Source of the DNA: Actinomycetota bacterium
GTDB lineage: Bacteria > Actinomycetota > Nitriliruptoria > Nitriliruptorales > Nitriliruptoraceae
Direction of reading: 5' to 3'
Length of the DNA: 64,000 nucleotides
Assembly: GCA_041163265.1 (NCBI GenBank)
Contig: JBEARL010000001.1
Location: 7,750 to 71,749 of the forward strand
The notes under the pieces were generated by a model. The model was given only the letters and a program-made list of their open reading frames with translations. It searched no databases and was not told where the DNA came from. Shown here piece after piece: positions 1 to 9,246 of the stretch (its first letter is position 1; each line of letters begins with the position of its first letter). A program made the translations under genes and the position numbers.

Positions 1-71
1 ACCCACTCGCGGAGCTGCTCCTGGGTCGGGTCGACGACGACGCTGCGTGCCTCGGGGAGCGTGGCGGCCAT
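1..71 (-). CDS. 5' end of an unidentified gene running off the window (MAATLPEARSVVVDPTQEQLREW...)
   Basis: ATG at comp(69..71) sits 8 nt after a GGAGA RBS (comp 80..84). The 23 codons have almost uniform G/C third positions and stay open to the window edge. Too short to name. Confidence 0.3.
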   Translation of the reverse strand, partial: MAATLPEARSVVVDPTQEQLREW

Positions 72-380
72 GGTCTGGGTCTCCTGGACGATCGACTGCG
101 ACGACCGGTGCGGTCGGCCCGCGGACGGCTCCGTCGTTCGGGAGCGGCTGAAGGCCGTTGCAGTCGGTTGCGGGGGCGGTTCAGGATGCCCGGCGCCCCG
201 CGACCCTAGCAGCGGACGGGGGCGCCGGTGCTCGCCGCATCCGGGGACGCGGGTCGCACGGGCGGGTACCGGGACTCGTCACGGTGGTGGCCGCTGCCGG
301 GTGGGCGCCAGGGCCCGGCCGCGCGCCCGGGCCGAGCCGCGAGCTGCGCCCGGTTGCGGCGAGCAGCGACAAGAGGCGTT

Positions 381-394
381 AGCATACGATTGCA
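381..394. promoter_or_regulatory. LacI-type operator candidate O1 (AGCATACGATTGCA)
   Basis: CG-centred imperfect palindrome about 100 nt upstream of the M24/E1 operon start. It overlaps a TAGCAT -10-like hexamer (380..385). Confidence 0.5.
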
Positions 395-493
395 CGACGT
401 GAACGGCCCCGTGCCGACGCGACGGTCCGCATCCTCGAGCAGCTCCGAGGAGGGGTCGGCGCTGGCGCGGTGGCGCGATCGAGTGGAGCAGAC

Positions 494-1744
494 ATGGCCG
501 AGTTCGCCCAGACCGACATCGCCGCTCCCGGCATCATGACCGTCGACTGGGAGACGCGGGTCGACGTCGGTCGACTCCGCGACTACCGCCTCGCCCGCGC
601 GCGGCAGGCCCTCGCCGACAGCGACCTCGGTGCGGTGCTGGTCTTCGAGACCTCGAACGTCCGCTACCTCACGGCGACGCACATCGGCACCTGGGGCTAC
701 AACAAGACCGAGCGCTGGGCGCTGCTGACCCGCACCGGCACGCCGTGGATCTGGGACTTCGGCTCGGCCGCGAAGAACCATCGCCTGTACTCGCCGTGGC
801 TCGAGCCCTCGCACTCGGTCGGCGGGAACGTGGGCCTGCAGGGCGCGATCGCACCGACGTCAGGGCTGCCCGCCGGCGCCGCGCAGCAGATCGCCGCCAT
901 CCTCCGGGACGAGGGCGTGGCGGACATGCCGCTCGGCGTGGACGTGGTCGAGCTGCCGATGCTCCGGGCGCTCGAGGCCGAGGGCATCGACGTCCGCGAC
1001 GCCCAGCAGACCATGCTCACCGCGCGCGAGATCAAGAACGTCGATGAGATCCTGCTGCTCAGCCAGGCGGCTGCGATGGTCGACGGGGTCTATCAGGACA
1101 TCTCGGAGGCGCTGAAGCCCGGCGTGCGCGAGTCCGACATCGTGGCCCTCGCGACCCACCGCCTGCTGCAGATGGGTTCGGAGCAGGTCGAGGCCATCAA
1201 CTCGATCGCCGGCGAGCGGTGCAACCCGCACCCGCACGTGTTCTCCGACCGCTACATCCGCCCGGGCGACGCCGCCTACTTCGACATCATCCACGCCTAC
1301 AACGGCTACCGGACCTGCTACTACCGCACCTTCGCGGTCGGGCGGGCGACGCAGGCCCACCGCGACGCGTACGTGAAGGCGCGGGAGTGGATCGACGTCG
1401 CCATCGCCGCCGTGCGGCCGGGGGTCGGGACCGACGAGATCGCCCGACTCTGGCCGAAGGCGCAGGACTTCGGGTTCGACTCCGAGATGGAGGCGTTCGG
1501 CCTGCAGTTCGGCCACGGCCTCGGACTCGGCCTGCACGAGCGGCCGATCATCAGCCGGCTCAACTCGCTCGAGAACCCGATCGAGATCAAGGAGGGCATG
1601 GTCTTCGCCCTCGAGACCTACTGCCCGTCCGCGGACGGGAGGTCGGCCGCGCGCATCGAGGAGGAGATCGTCGTCACCCGGGACGGGGCCCAGCTGCTGA
1701 CCCTGTTCCCGGCCGAGGAGCTCTTCATCACGAACAAGTACTGA
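494..1744 (+). CDS. M24-family (creatinase/prolidase pita-bread fold) hydrolase, paralog 1
   Basis: Lies in ORF 470..1744. ATG 494 has a GGAG about 6 nt upstream. C-terminal M24 motifs are present: FDII..YNGY, FGHGLGLGLHE, FALETY, RIEEEIVVT. The second canonical metal Asp reads Cys (GYRTCYYRT). Confidence 0.85.
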   Translation: MAEFAQTDIAAPGIMTVDWETRVDVGRLRDYRLARARQALADSDLGAVLVFETSNVRYLTATHIGTWGYNKTERWALLTRTGTPWIWDFGSAAKNHRLYSPWLEPSHSVGGNVGLQGAIAPTSGLPAGAAQQIAAILRDEGVADMPLGVDVVELPMLRALEAEGIDVRDAQQTMLTAREIKNVDEILLLSQAAAMVDGVYQDISEALKPGVRESDIVALATHRLLQMGSEQVEAINSIAGERCNPHPHVFSDRYIRPGDAAYFDIIHAYNGYRTCYYRTFAVGRATQAHRDAYVKAREWIDVAIAAVRPGVGTDEIARLWPKAQDFGFDSEMEAFGLQFGHGLGLGLHERPIISRLNSLENPIEIKEGMVFALETYCPSADGRSAARIEEEIVVTRDGAQLLTLFPAEELFITNKY

Positions 1745-1798
1745 CCGGTCCCGGGTGACGAGCACCCGGAACGGACCACCGAGGCACGGAGGGAGCCC

Positions 1799-2821
1799 GT
1801 GGCGACCACGAAGGCGAAGCGAGCGACCGTGACGTCGCCCGCGATCGACCGCGAGACGAAGCTGGCGCTGTACGCGCAGGTCGTCCGGCTGCGGCGCTTC
1901 GAGGAGCGGGCCTACCGCCTGTTCCTCGAGGGGCTCGTGAAGGGCACGTCGCACCTCTCGCTCGGCCAGGAGGCGATCGCCGCCGGGTTCGCCGAGGCGA
2001 TGCGCACGGACGACTACACCTTCTGCACGTACCGCGGGCACGCGCACACCCTCGCGCGCGGGACGTCGATGGAGGGCGTGATGGCCGAGCTGCTCGGCCG
2101 CGCGAACGGTGTCTGCGGCGGCAAGGGCGGCTCGATGCACCTGACCAGCGTCGAGCACTATGCGATGGGCTCCTACGCGATCATCGGCGCCCACCTCCCG
2201 ATCGCGGCGGGCGCGGCCTGGTCGGCGGTCCTGCGGGGCACCGAGCAGGCCACCGTCTGCTTCTTCGGGGACGGCACGACCAACATCGGGGCCTTCCACG
2301 AGGCGCTGAACTTCGCGGCCGTCTGGAAGCTGCCGGTGGTGTTCGTCTGCGAGAACAACCTCTGGATGGAGTACACGCCGATCGACTCGGTGACGGCCGT
2401 GCCGCACCCGGCCGCCGACCGCGCCGCCGCCTACGGGCTCGAGCGCATCATCGTCGACGGCAACGACCCCGACGCCGTCCACCTCGAGGCGCTGCGTGCG
2501 CTCGAGCGGGCCCGCGCCGGCGAGGGCCCGTCGCTCATCGAGTGCCTGACCTACCGGCACGGCGGCCACTCGCGCGCCGATCCCGGCGACTACCGCCCGA
2601 AGGAGCAGGTCGAGGAGTGGCTCGCGCGTGACCCCATGCCGATGTACCGGCAGCGGCTGCTCGACGAGGGGGTCGAGGCGTCCGTCCTCGACGACATCGA
2701 GGCCGCGGCGATGGCCGAGGTCGACGCCGCGACCGAGGGTGCCCGCAACGGTCCGGTGCCCGCGATCGAGAGCGCGTACACCGACGTCTGGGCCGATGGA
2801 GGCTGGGCATGGCGGAACTGA
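1799..2821 (+). CDS. TPP-dependent 2-oxoacid/acetoin dehydrogenase E1 component, alpha subunit
   Basis: GTG start behind a GGAGGGAG RBS. TPP-binding motif GDGTTNIGAFHEALNFAAVWKLPVVFVCENN. 340 aa. Confidence 0.9.
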   Translation: MATTKAKRATVTSPAIDRETKLALYAQVVRLRRFEERAYRLFLEGLVKGTSHLSLGQEAIAAGFAEAMRTDDYTFCTYRGHAHTLARGTSMEGVMAELLGRANGVCGGKGGSMHLTSVEHYAMGSYAIIGAHLPIAAGAAWSAVLRGTEQATVCFFGDGTTNIGAFHEALNFAAVWKLPVVFVCENNLWMEYTPIDSVTAVPHPAADRAAAYGLERIIVDGNDPDAVHLEALRALERARAGEGPSLIECLTYRHGGHSRADPGDYRPKEQVEEWLARDPMPMYRQRLLDEGVEASVLDDIEAAAMAEVDAATEGARNGPVPAIESAYTDVWADGGWAWRN

Positions 2822-3789
2822 TCACCTACCGCGAGGCGGTGGCCCGAGCCATCGCCCAGGAGATGCGCCGCGACGAGTCCGTCGTGTTCCTCGGCGAGGA
2901 CGTCGCCGCCGCCGGGGGCGTGTTCAAGGCCACCAAGGGCCTGCTCGAGGAGTTCGGACCGGTCCGGGTCCGTGACACGCCCATCTCGGAGGAGGCCATC
3001 CTCGGTGCCGCCATGGGCGCCGCGATGACCGGCATCCGCCCGATCGCCGAGATCATGTTCTCGGACTTCCTCGCCACCTGCTGGGACCTCGTCTCGGTCG
3101 AGATGGCCAAGACCCGGTACATGACCGGCGGCCAGACGTCGCTGCCCCTCGTCATCCGCACCGCGAACGGGGCCGGGCTCCGGTTCGGCGCCCAGCACTC
3201 GCAGTCGGTCGAGAACTGGGCGATGATGATCCCCGGCCTGAAGGTCGTGGCGCCGTCGAACCCGGCCGACCTGATCGGCCTGTTCGCCGCCTCGGTCCGC
3301 GATGACAACCCGGTCGTGTTCTTCGAGCAGAAGTCCCTCTACCCCGTGAAGGGCGAGGTCCCGGACGGCGAGCTCGTGACCGAGCTCGGACGGGCCGCCG
3401 TCCTGCGTCAGGGCAGCGACGTGACCATCGCGGCGCTGGCCGCGATGGTGCCGCGGGCCCTCGAGGCCGCCGAGCGCCTGCAGGCGGAGCGTGGCATCTC
3501 GGCCGAGGTCATCGACCTGCGCACCCTGATCCCCCTGGACGCCCGGACCGTCCTCGAGTCGGTCACGCGGACCAAGCGGTTCGTGACCGTCGAGGAGAAC
3601 CCGCGCGTCCTCGGCTGGGGCGCCGAGCTGGTCTCGATCGTCGCGGAGGAGGCCTTCTGGGACCTCGACGCGCCGGTCACCCGCGTCACGACCCCGCACG
3701 TCCCGCTGCCCAGCTCGGACGCGCTCGAGGACGAGGTGCTGCCCTCGGTCGCGCGCATCGTCGAGACCGTGGCGAAGGTCGTCGGGTGA
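2809..3789 (+). CDS. 2-oxoacid/acetoin dehydrogenase E1 component, beta subunit
   Basis: Overlaps the alpha subunit by 13 nt. Transketolase-like pyrimidine-binding and C-terminal domains (PISEEAILGAAMGAAMTG, IRTANGAG). 326 aa. Confidence 0.9.
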   Translation: MAELITYREAVARAIAQEMRRDESVVFLGEDVAAAGGVFKATKGLLEEFGPVRVRDTPISEEAILGAAMGAAMTGIRPIAEIMFSDFLATCWDLVSVEMAKTRYMTGGQTSLPLVIRTANGAGLRFGAQHSQSVENWAMMIPGLKVVAPSNPADLIGLFAASVRDDNPVVFFEQKSLYPVKGEVPDGELVTELGRAAVLRQGSDVTIAALAAMVPRALEAAERLQAERGISAEVIDLRTLIPLDARTVLESVTRTKRFVTVEENPRVLGWGAELVSIVAEEAFWDLDAPVTRVTTPHVPLPSSDALEDEVLPSVARIVETVAKVVG

Positions 3790-5237
3790 GCGGCGACGTG
3801 CTGACCGGGCTCGACACCCGGCTGCGCATCGGCGGCGAGCTCCGGCCGGCCTCGGACGGCGCCGAGTTCCCGGTGCTCGACCCTGCGACGGGCGGGACGA
3901 TCGCCTCGGTCGCGTCGGGGACCGCGGAGGACGCGGTCGCGGCCGTCGCCGCCGCCCACGCGGCCGGTCCGGCCTGGGCGGCGACCCCTCCGCGCGAGCG
4001 GGGCGAGACGCTGCGCCGCGCCTTCGAGGCGATGATCGCCCGGCGTGACGAGATCGCCGAGCTGATCGTCCTCGAGTCCGGCAAGAGCTGGGGCGACGCG
4101 GTCGGCGAGGTCAACTACGCGGCCGAGTTCTTCCGGTGGTTCTCGGAGGAGGCGGTGCGGATCGATGGCGGCCTCATGCGGGCGCCGGCGGGGGACAAGC
4201 ACATCCTCACGATGCGCCAGCCGGTCGGCGTCTCGGTCCTCGTCACGCCGTGGAACTTCCCGGCGGCGATGGCCACCCGCAAGATCGGTCCGGCGCTGGC
4301 CGCCGGCTGCACCGTCGTGCTGAAGCCCGCGTCGGACACGCCGCTGACCGCGCTGCTGGTCGCGGACATCCTCACCGAGGCCGGCGTACCCGGCGGCGTC
4401 GTGAACGTGCTTCCGTCCCGGAGCTCGGGTGCGACCGTCGGCGCGATGCTGGCCGATCGCCGCACCCGCAAGGTGTCCTTCACCGGGTCGACCGAGGTCG
4501 GCGTGAAGCTGCTCGAGGGTGCGGCACGGAACGTCCTGCGGGCCTCGATGGAGCTCGGCGGGAACGCCCCGTTCCTCGTGTTCGCCGATGCCGACCTGGA
4601 CGCTGCGGTCGAGGGCGCGATGGTCGCCAAGATGCGCAACGGTGGCGAGTCCTGCATCGCGGCGAACCGCTTCCTCGTCGAGGCCTCCGTCGTCGATGCC
4701 TTCGCGGACGCCCTGACCGACCGGATGGCCGCGCTGCGCGTCGGGCCCGGCCTCGACCGCAGCAACGACGTCGGCCCGGTCATCAACGCGGCCGCCCGAG
4801 AGGAGATCGACGGACTGGTCCGCGACAGCGTCACCGCCGGGGCGCGGGTCACCACCGGTGGCGTGGCGACCGACGGCCCGGGGTTCTTCTACCTGCCGAC
4901 GGTCATCCGCGACGTCCGGCCCGACGCCAAGCTGCTGCGGCACGAGATCTTCGGGCCGGTCGCCCCCATCGTCCCGTTCCGGGGCGAGGACGAGGCCGTC
5001 GCGATGGGGAACGACACCGAGTTCGGGCTGGCGTCGTACGTCTACACGTCGGACCTCGGCCGGGCGATGCGTGTCGCCGAGCGGCTCGAGGCCGGCGTCG
5101 TCGGCGTGAACCGCGGCTTCCTGTCCGATCCCGCCGCACCGTTCGGTGGCAGCAAGCTCAGCGGCCTCGGCCGCGAGGGGGCCCACGACGGGCTCCTCGA
5201 GTTCCTCGAGACCAAGTACATCGCCGCACAGTGGTGA
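3786..5237 (+). CDS. NAD(P)+-dependent aldehyde dehydrogenase, succinate-semialdehyde dehydrogenase (GabD)-like
   Basis: GTGA start/stop overlap with E1 beta. ALDH motifs VTPWNFP, MELGGNAP and GGESCIAANR (catalytic Cys). 483 aa. Confidence 0.9.
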   Translation: MSGDVLTGLDTRLRIGGELRPASDGAEFPVLDPATGGTIASVASGTAEDAVAAVAAAHAAGPAWAATPPRERGETLRRAFEAMIARRDEIAELIVLESGKSWGDAVGEVNYAAEFFRWFSEEAVRIDGGLMRAPAGDKHILTMRQPVGVSVLVTPWNFPAAMATRKIGPALAAGCTVVLKPASDTPLTALLVADILTEAGVPGGVVNVLPSRSSGATVGAMLADRRTRKVSFTGSTEVGVKLLEGAARNVLRASMELGGNAPFLVFADADLDAAVEGAMVAKMRNGGESCIAANRFLVEASVVDAFADALTDRMAALRVGPGLDRSNDVGPVINAAAREEIDGLVRDSVTAGARVTTGGVATDGPGFFYLPTVIRDVRPDAKLLRHEIFGPVAPIVPFRGEDEAVAMGNDTEFGLASYVYTSDLGRAMRVAERLEAGVVGVNRGFLSDPAAPFGGSKLSGLGREGAHDGLLEFLETKYIAAQW

Positions 5238-5283
5238 GGCGGTCCCGCCGGCGCCCGGCGCCGACGTCCCCAGGGAGACACCC

Positions 5284-6246
5284 GTGAGCGACACCCTCAA
5301 GCTCGGCTGGCTCGGAACCGGCCGGATGGGCTTCGAGCTGGCCATCCGCCTGCTCAACGCCGGTCATCACCTGACCGTCTGGAACCGGACGCGCGAGAAG
5401 GCCGAGCCGCTCGCGTCGCTCGGCGCGACCATCGTCGACCGGCCCGACGAGCTGGCCGACTGCGACATCGTGTTCAGCATCGTCGCCAACTCGAAGTCGT
5501 TCGAGGAGGTCATGCTCGGCGAGCATGGGCTCCTGACCGTGGAGGGTCGCCGACCCGGACTCGTCGTCGACTCGTCGACGATCTCGATGGACATGGGCGA
5601 GCGCATCCGCGAGGTCGCGGCCGGGTTGGGATGCGACCTGCTGGCGGCGCCCGTCAGTGGCAGCCCGAAGGTGGTCCGCTCGGGCCGGCTCGGCGTCGTC
5701 GTCAGCGGGCCGCGTGCTGCCTTCGACCGTGCGAAGCCGTACCTGGATGTCTTCGGCCGGACCATCACCTACGTCGGCGAGGGCGAGCGCGCGCGTCTCG
5801 TCAAGATCTGCCACAACCTCATCCTCGGCGTCGTGAGCCAGTCCCTGGCCGAGACGACCGTCCTCGCGGAGAAGGCCGGCATCCGCCGTGCCGACTACCT
5901 CGAGTTCATCAACGGCAGCGTCATGGGATCGGTGTTCAGCCGCTACAAGACGCCCGCGATCGTGAACCTCGACTACAAGCCGACGTTCACCGGCCATCTG
6001 CTGCGGAAGGACTTCGAGCTCGGGCTCGACGCCGCCCGTCAGCTGAACGTCTCGCTGCCGGTCCACGCCCTCGTCCACCAGCAGGTCGTCGACCTCATCG
6101 GGAACGGCCTCGGCGACATCGACTTCATCTCGCTGCTCGAGATGTCGGCCCGCGGGTCGGGGCTCGAGCTCGCCAGCGAGGACAGGGACGACGTGACGGA
6201 CGGGCTGGACCCGATCGACGACCTCGGCCAGCGCCGACCGTCCTGA
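5284..6246 (+). CDS. beta-hydroxyacid dehydrogenase (3-hydroxyisobutyrate / tartronate-semialdehyde reductase family)
   Basis: In-frame GTG 5284 inside ORF 5146..6246. The upstream part is out-of-frame overlap with the ALDH. N-terminal Rossmann motif GWLGTGRMG. 320 aa. Confidence 0.85.
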   Translation: MSDTLKLGWLGTGRMGFELAIRLLNAGHHLTVWNRTREKAEPLASLGATIVDRPDELADCDIVFSIVANSKSFEEVMLGEHGLLTVEGRRPGLVVDSSTISMDMGERIREVAAGLGCDLLAAPVSGSPKVVRSGRLGVVVSGPRAAFDRAKPYLDVFGRTITYVGEGERARLVKICHNLILGVVSQSLAETTVLAEKAGIRRADYLEFINGSVMGSVFSRYKTPAIVNLDYKPTFTGHLLRKDFELGLDAARQLNVSLPVHALVHQQVVDLIGNGLGDIDFISLLEMSARGSGLELASEDRDDVTDGLDPIDDLGQRRPS

Positions 6247-6249
6247 CCG

Positions 6250-6900
6250 GTGGCCGCGACGGTCGGCGACGACGGGCGGGGTGGCGCAACCGAGGGTGAC
6301 CTCGACGTCACCCCGTCCGAGTGGGACCGACGGTCGCTCTACCGGCTTCTGACCAGCCTCGTCGTCCCACGGCCGATCGCCTGGGTCTCGACCGTCGGCC
6401 CGGACGGCGTGCCCAACATCGCGCCGCACAGCTACTTCAACCTGGTCTCGTCCTCGCCACCTCACGTGGTGCTCGGGCTCGCGGGTGTCCGCGACACGCT
6501 GAACAACATCCGCGCGTCGGGCGAGTTCGTCGTCAACGTGGTCACGGTCGACCATCTCGACGCGATGAACGCGACCAGCATCGACGCCCCGCCTGAGGTC
6601 GACGAGTTCCGGCTCGTCGGGCTGACCGCGGTGCCCGCGGTGGCCGTCGCCGCACCGCGGTTGCAGGAATCGCCGGTCAACCTCGAGTGCCTCCTGCGCC
6701 ACGAGCTCGACCTCGGGGGCGGGACGATGGTCGTCGGGGAGGTGGTGCACGTCCACGTCGACGGTCGGGTGCTGCGCGACGGCACGGCCGATCCGGAGCT
6801 GCTCCGACCCCTCGCACGGCTGGGGCACGTCGGGTACGCGGCGCTCGGAGCACCGATGTCACGACCGCGCCCTCGCTGGTCCGAGCGGGAGCAGGGCTAG
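6250..6900 (+). CDS. flavin reductase-like FMN-binding protein
   Basis: Starts 3 nt after the upstream stop. Family motif VVPRPIAWVSTVGPDGVPNIAPHSYFN. 216 aa. Confidence 0.85.
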   Translation: MAATVGDDGRGGATEGDLDVTPSEWDRRSLYRLLTSLVVPRPIAWVSTVGPDGVPNIAPHSYFNLVSSSPPHVVLGLAGVRDTLNNIRASGEFVVNVVTVDHLDAMNATSIDAPPEVDEFRLVGLTAVPAVAVAAPRLQESPVNLECLLRHELDLGGGTMVVGEVVHVHVDGRVLRDGTADPELLRPLARLGHVGYAALGAPMSRPRPRWSEREQG

Positions 6901-6963
6901 CGTGCCGCCTTCGGCCGACCGCTCCCGCTCGCCGCGCCAGCAGGGCCATCTCGAGGAGGTCCC

Positions 6964-8115
6964 ATGCCCGTGACCGCGTCCCGTCCCGCCCCGTTCTCTC
7001 CCGACGAGCTGCTGCGGCGGCGCGACGCGCTGGCGGCGGAGGCGGTCGCGGCGGGTGTCGACCGCATCGTCCTGTACGGATCGGAGCGCAGCGGCACGGC
7101 CGTCCCGTGGCTGACGCGGTGGCCGGTGACGCGCGAGGCGGCCGTCGTGTTCGGCACCGGCGAACAGGACACGCTGTTCGTGCACTTCCACAACCACATC
7201 CGGCTGGCCAGTGAGATGGCCCGGGATGCCGACGTGCGCTGGGGCGGCGCGTCCACCTTCGCGTCGGTCGTGGACGAGCTGGAGCGGCGTGGTGGGACGT
7301 CCCAGACCGTGGGGATGGTCGGGACCATCCCGTACCAGCTCCGGGACGCGCTCGGCGAGCGGTTCGACGGCGTCGTCGACCTCACGCCGGCGTACACGCG
7401 CCTGCGGATGGTGAAGTCCGAGGAGGAGCTCTCGCACCTGCGCTACGGGGCGGCCCTCAGCGACGGTGCGCTGCAGGCGCTGCTCGACGGCATCGCGGTC
7501 GGCGTCAGCGACCACCAGCTGATCGATCGCATCGAGCGCTCGTACGTGCCGCTCGGCGGCACGACCCACATCCACTACCTCTCGATCACCCCGATGGACG
7601 CGCCCGAGCGCCCGGTGCCGGCCCAGCAGCCGGTCGGGGCTACGGTCGCGTCGGGCAGCGTGCTCGTCACCGAGCTCAGCGCCGCGGTGCGCGGGTACTC
7701 GGGTCAGGTGCTCCGGACCATCACCGTCGACCGCGGTCCCAACGCCCTGTACGCCGAGCTGCATGACGTCGCCCAGCGCGCCTTCGACGCCGTCGCGGAC
7801 CGTGTCCGTGCCGGTGCGACCGCGCAGGACCTCGCGGACGCCGGCGCGCTCGTCGGGACGGCAGGGTTCCTGCTGAACGACGACCTCGTGCATGGCTTCG
7901 GTGGGGGCTACCTCCCGCCGGTCATCGGTCGCCTCGGCGATCCGGTCCCGGACGTGACGCTCGCCGCCGGCATGACCATCGTGGTCCAGCCGAACGTCGT
8001 CACGCCGGACGGCACCGCCGGCGTGCAGACGGGCGAGCTGCTGCTCGTGACCGAGACGGGGTACGAGCGGCTGCACGCGGCCGAGCCGGGGCTGCTGACC
8101 GTCACGACCGCCTGA
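6964..8115 (+). CDS. M24-family (creatinase-fold) hydrolase, paralog 2, with degenerate metal ligands
   Basis: ATG behind a GAGGAGG RBS. Creatinase-like N-domain plus pita-bread C-domain. The five canonical ligand positions read E,Q,H,Q,E by eye (VTELSAAVRGYSGQVLRT, VHGFGGG, IVVQPN, TGELLLVT). Confidence 0.8.
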   Translation: MPVTASRPAPFSPDELLRRRDALAAEAVAAGVDRIVLYGSERSGTAVPWLTRWPVTREAAVVFGTGEQDTLFVHFHNHIRLASEMARDADVRWGGASTFASVVDELERRGGTSQTVGMVGTIPYQLRDALGERFDGVVDLTPAYTRLRMVKSEEELSHLRYGAALSDGALQALLDGIAVGVSDHQLIDRIERSYVPLGGTTHIHYLSITPMDAPERPVPAQQPVGATVASGSVLVTELSAAVRGYSGQVLRTITVDRGPNALYAELHDVAQRAFDAVADRVRAGATAQDLADAGALVGTAGFLLNDDLVHGFGGGYLPPVIGRLGDPVPDVTLAAGMTIVVQPNVVTPDGTAGVQTGELLLVTETGYERLHAAEPGLLTVTTA

Positions 8116-8141
8116 CGGCGTCCAGGGACGCCACAGGTCCG

Positions 8142-9191
8142 TCAGGCGGTCCCGGGTGGGGCACCCGTCGAGCGGCGCACCACCAGTTCGGGGACGATGG
8201 TGACGTCCGCGACGGTCGCGATGTCGCCGTCGCCGGAACCCTCGGACCGGGACCGCTCGAGCAGCTCGAGCATCACCTCGGCCGCACGTCGTCCCATCAG
8301 GTACTGGTCGATGCGCACCGTCGTCAGCGCAGGGTCGAGCAGGTCCACCAGCGGCATGTCGTTGTAGCCCACGAGCGAGACGTCGTCGGGGACGCGCAGG
8401 CCGCGGGCGCGCAGGGCGGTCAGGGCGCCGACGGCCAGGAGGTCGTTCGACGCGAAGACGGCGGTCGGCGCCGGACCCTCCGCCTCGAGCAGCACCTCGG
8501 CGGCCCGTCGCCCGCTCGGGAGGTCGTACCGGTCCGCGTGCACGACGTGGTCCGTCGGCAGTCCGAGGTCCCGGCAGGCGGCGACGAACGTGTCCCGCCG
8601 GTCGCGGCCGGTCGAGGTGTCCAGCGGGCCGCTGACCAGCGCGATCCGCCGGTGCCCGAGGCCGTGCAGGTGGTCGACGACCAGCCGTACCCCCTTCACG
8701 TCGTCCGGCAGGACCGCGGGGACCTGCGACGCGCGGTCACGGCGGTTCACGAGCACGGTCGGGATGCCGCCGAGACGGTCGGCATCGGTCGCGACGTCGA
8801 GGTGCGAGGTGGCCAGCATCACGCCATCCACCTGGCGTGCGACCAGGCTGTCGAGCCCCTGCTCCTCGCGCTCGGGCTCGTTGTCCGTGTTGGCGATCAG
8901 CAGCACGTGGCCCGTCGGGATGAGGGCGTCCTCGATGCCGCGGATGATCGGCGGGAAGAACGGGTTGGTGACGTCGGGCAGCAGCAGTCCGACCGTGTGG
9001 GTCCGCTGGGTGCGGAGGCCGCGTGCCAGCACGTTCGGTCGATACCCGAGCTGCTCGGAGGCCGCCAGCACCTTCGCGACCGTCTCCGGCCGCAGGCTCG
9101 TGGCGGTACGGCTGTTCAGTGCGCGCGACACGGTCGACGAGTCGACCCCCGCGAGGCGGGCCACGTCGGACATGGTCGGTTGGCCGGGCAT
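8142..9191 (-). CDS. LacI-family transcriptional regulator (LacI-1)
   Basis: N-terminal HTH MSDVARLAGVDSSTVSRALN, followed by a periplasmic-binding-protein-like sugar-binding fold. 349 aa. Last gene of the AKR-hydrolase-LacI minus-strand operon. Confidence 0.9.
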   Translation of the reverse strand: MPGQPTMSDVARLAGVDSSTVSRALNSRTATSLRPETVAKVLAASEQLGYRPNVLARGLRTQRTHTVGLLLPDVTNPFFPPIIRGIEDALIPTGHVLLIANTDNEPEREEQGLDSLVARQVDGVMLATSHLDVATDADRLGGIPTVLVNRRDRASQVPAVLPDDVKGVRLVVDHLHGLGHRRIALVSGPLDTSTGRDRRDTFVAACRDLGLPTDHVVHADRYDLPSGRRAAEVLLEAEGPAPTAVFASNDLLAVGALTALRARGLRVPDDVSLVGYNDMPLVDLLDPALTTVRIDQYLMGRRAAEVMLELLERSRSEGSGDGDIATVADVTIVPELVVRRSTGAPPGTA

Positions 9192-9246
9192 GGCAGGATG
9201 CTAGGCGCGTGCGGTGGTGGCGGCTGGGTATTCCCGCCGCACCGGG

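Noticed and set aside
860-8076. Series of long minus-strand ORFs (860..2569, 2590..3699, 3408..5357, 5158..6828, 6859..8076) opposite the M24/E1/ALDH operon
   Set aside because: These are typical stop-codon-poor antisense frames of a >70% G+C genome. The translations are low-complexity (R/G/P/A/D/V) with no recognisable motifs, whereas the plus-strand frames carry clear family motifs.
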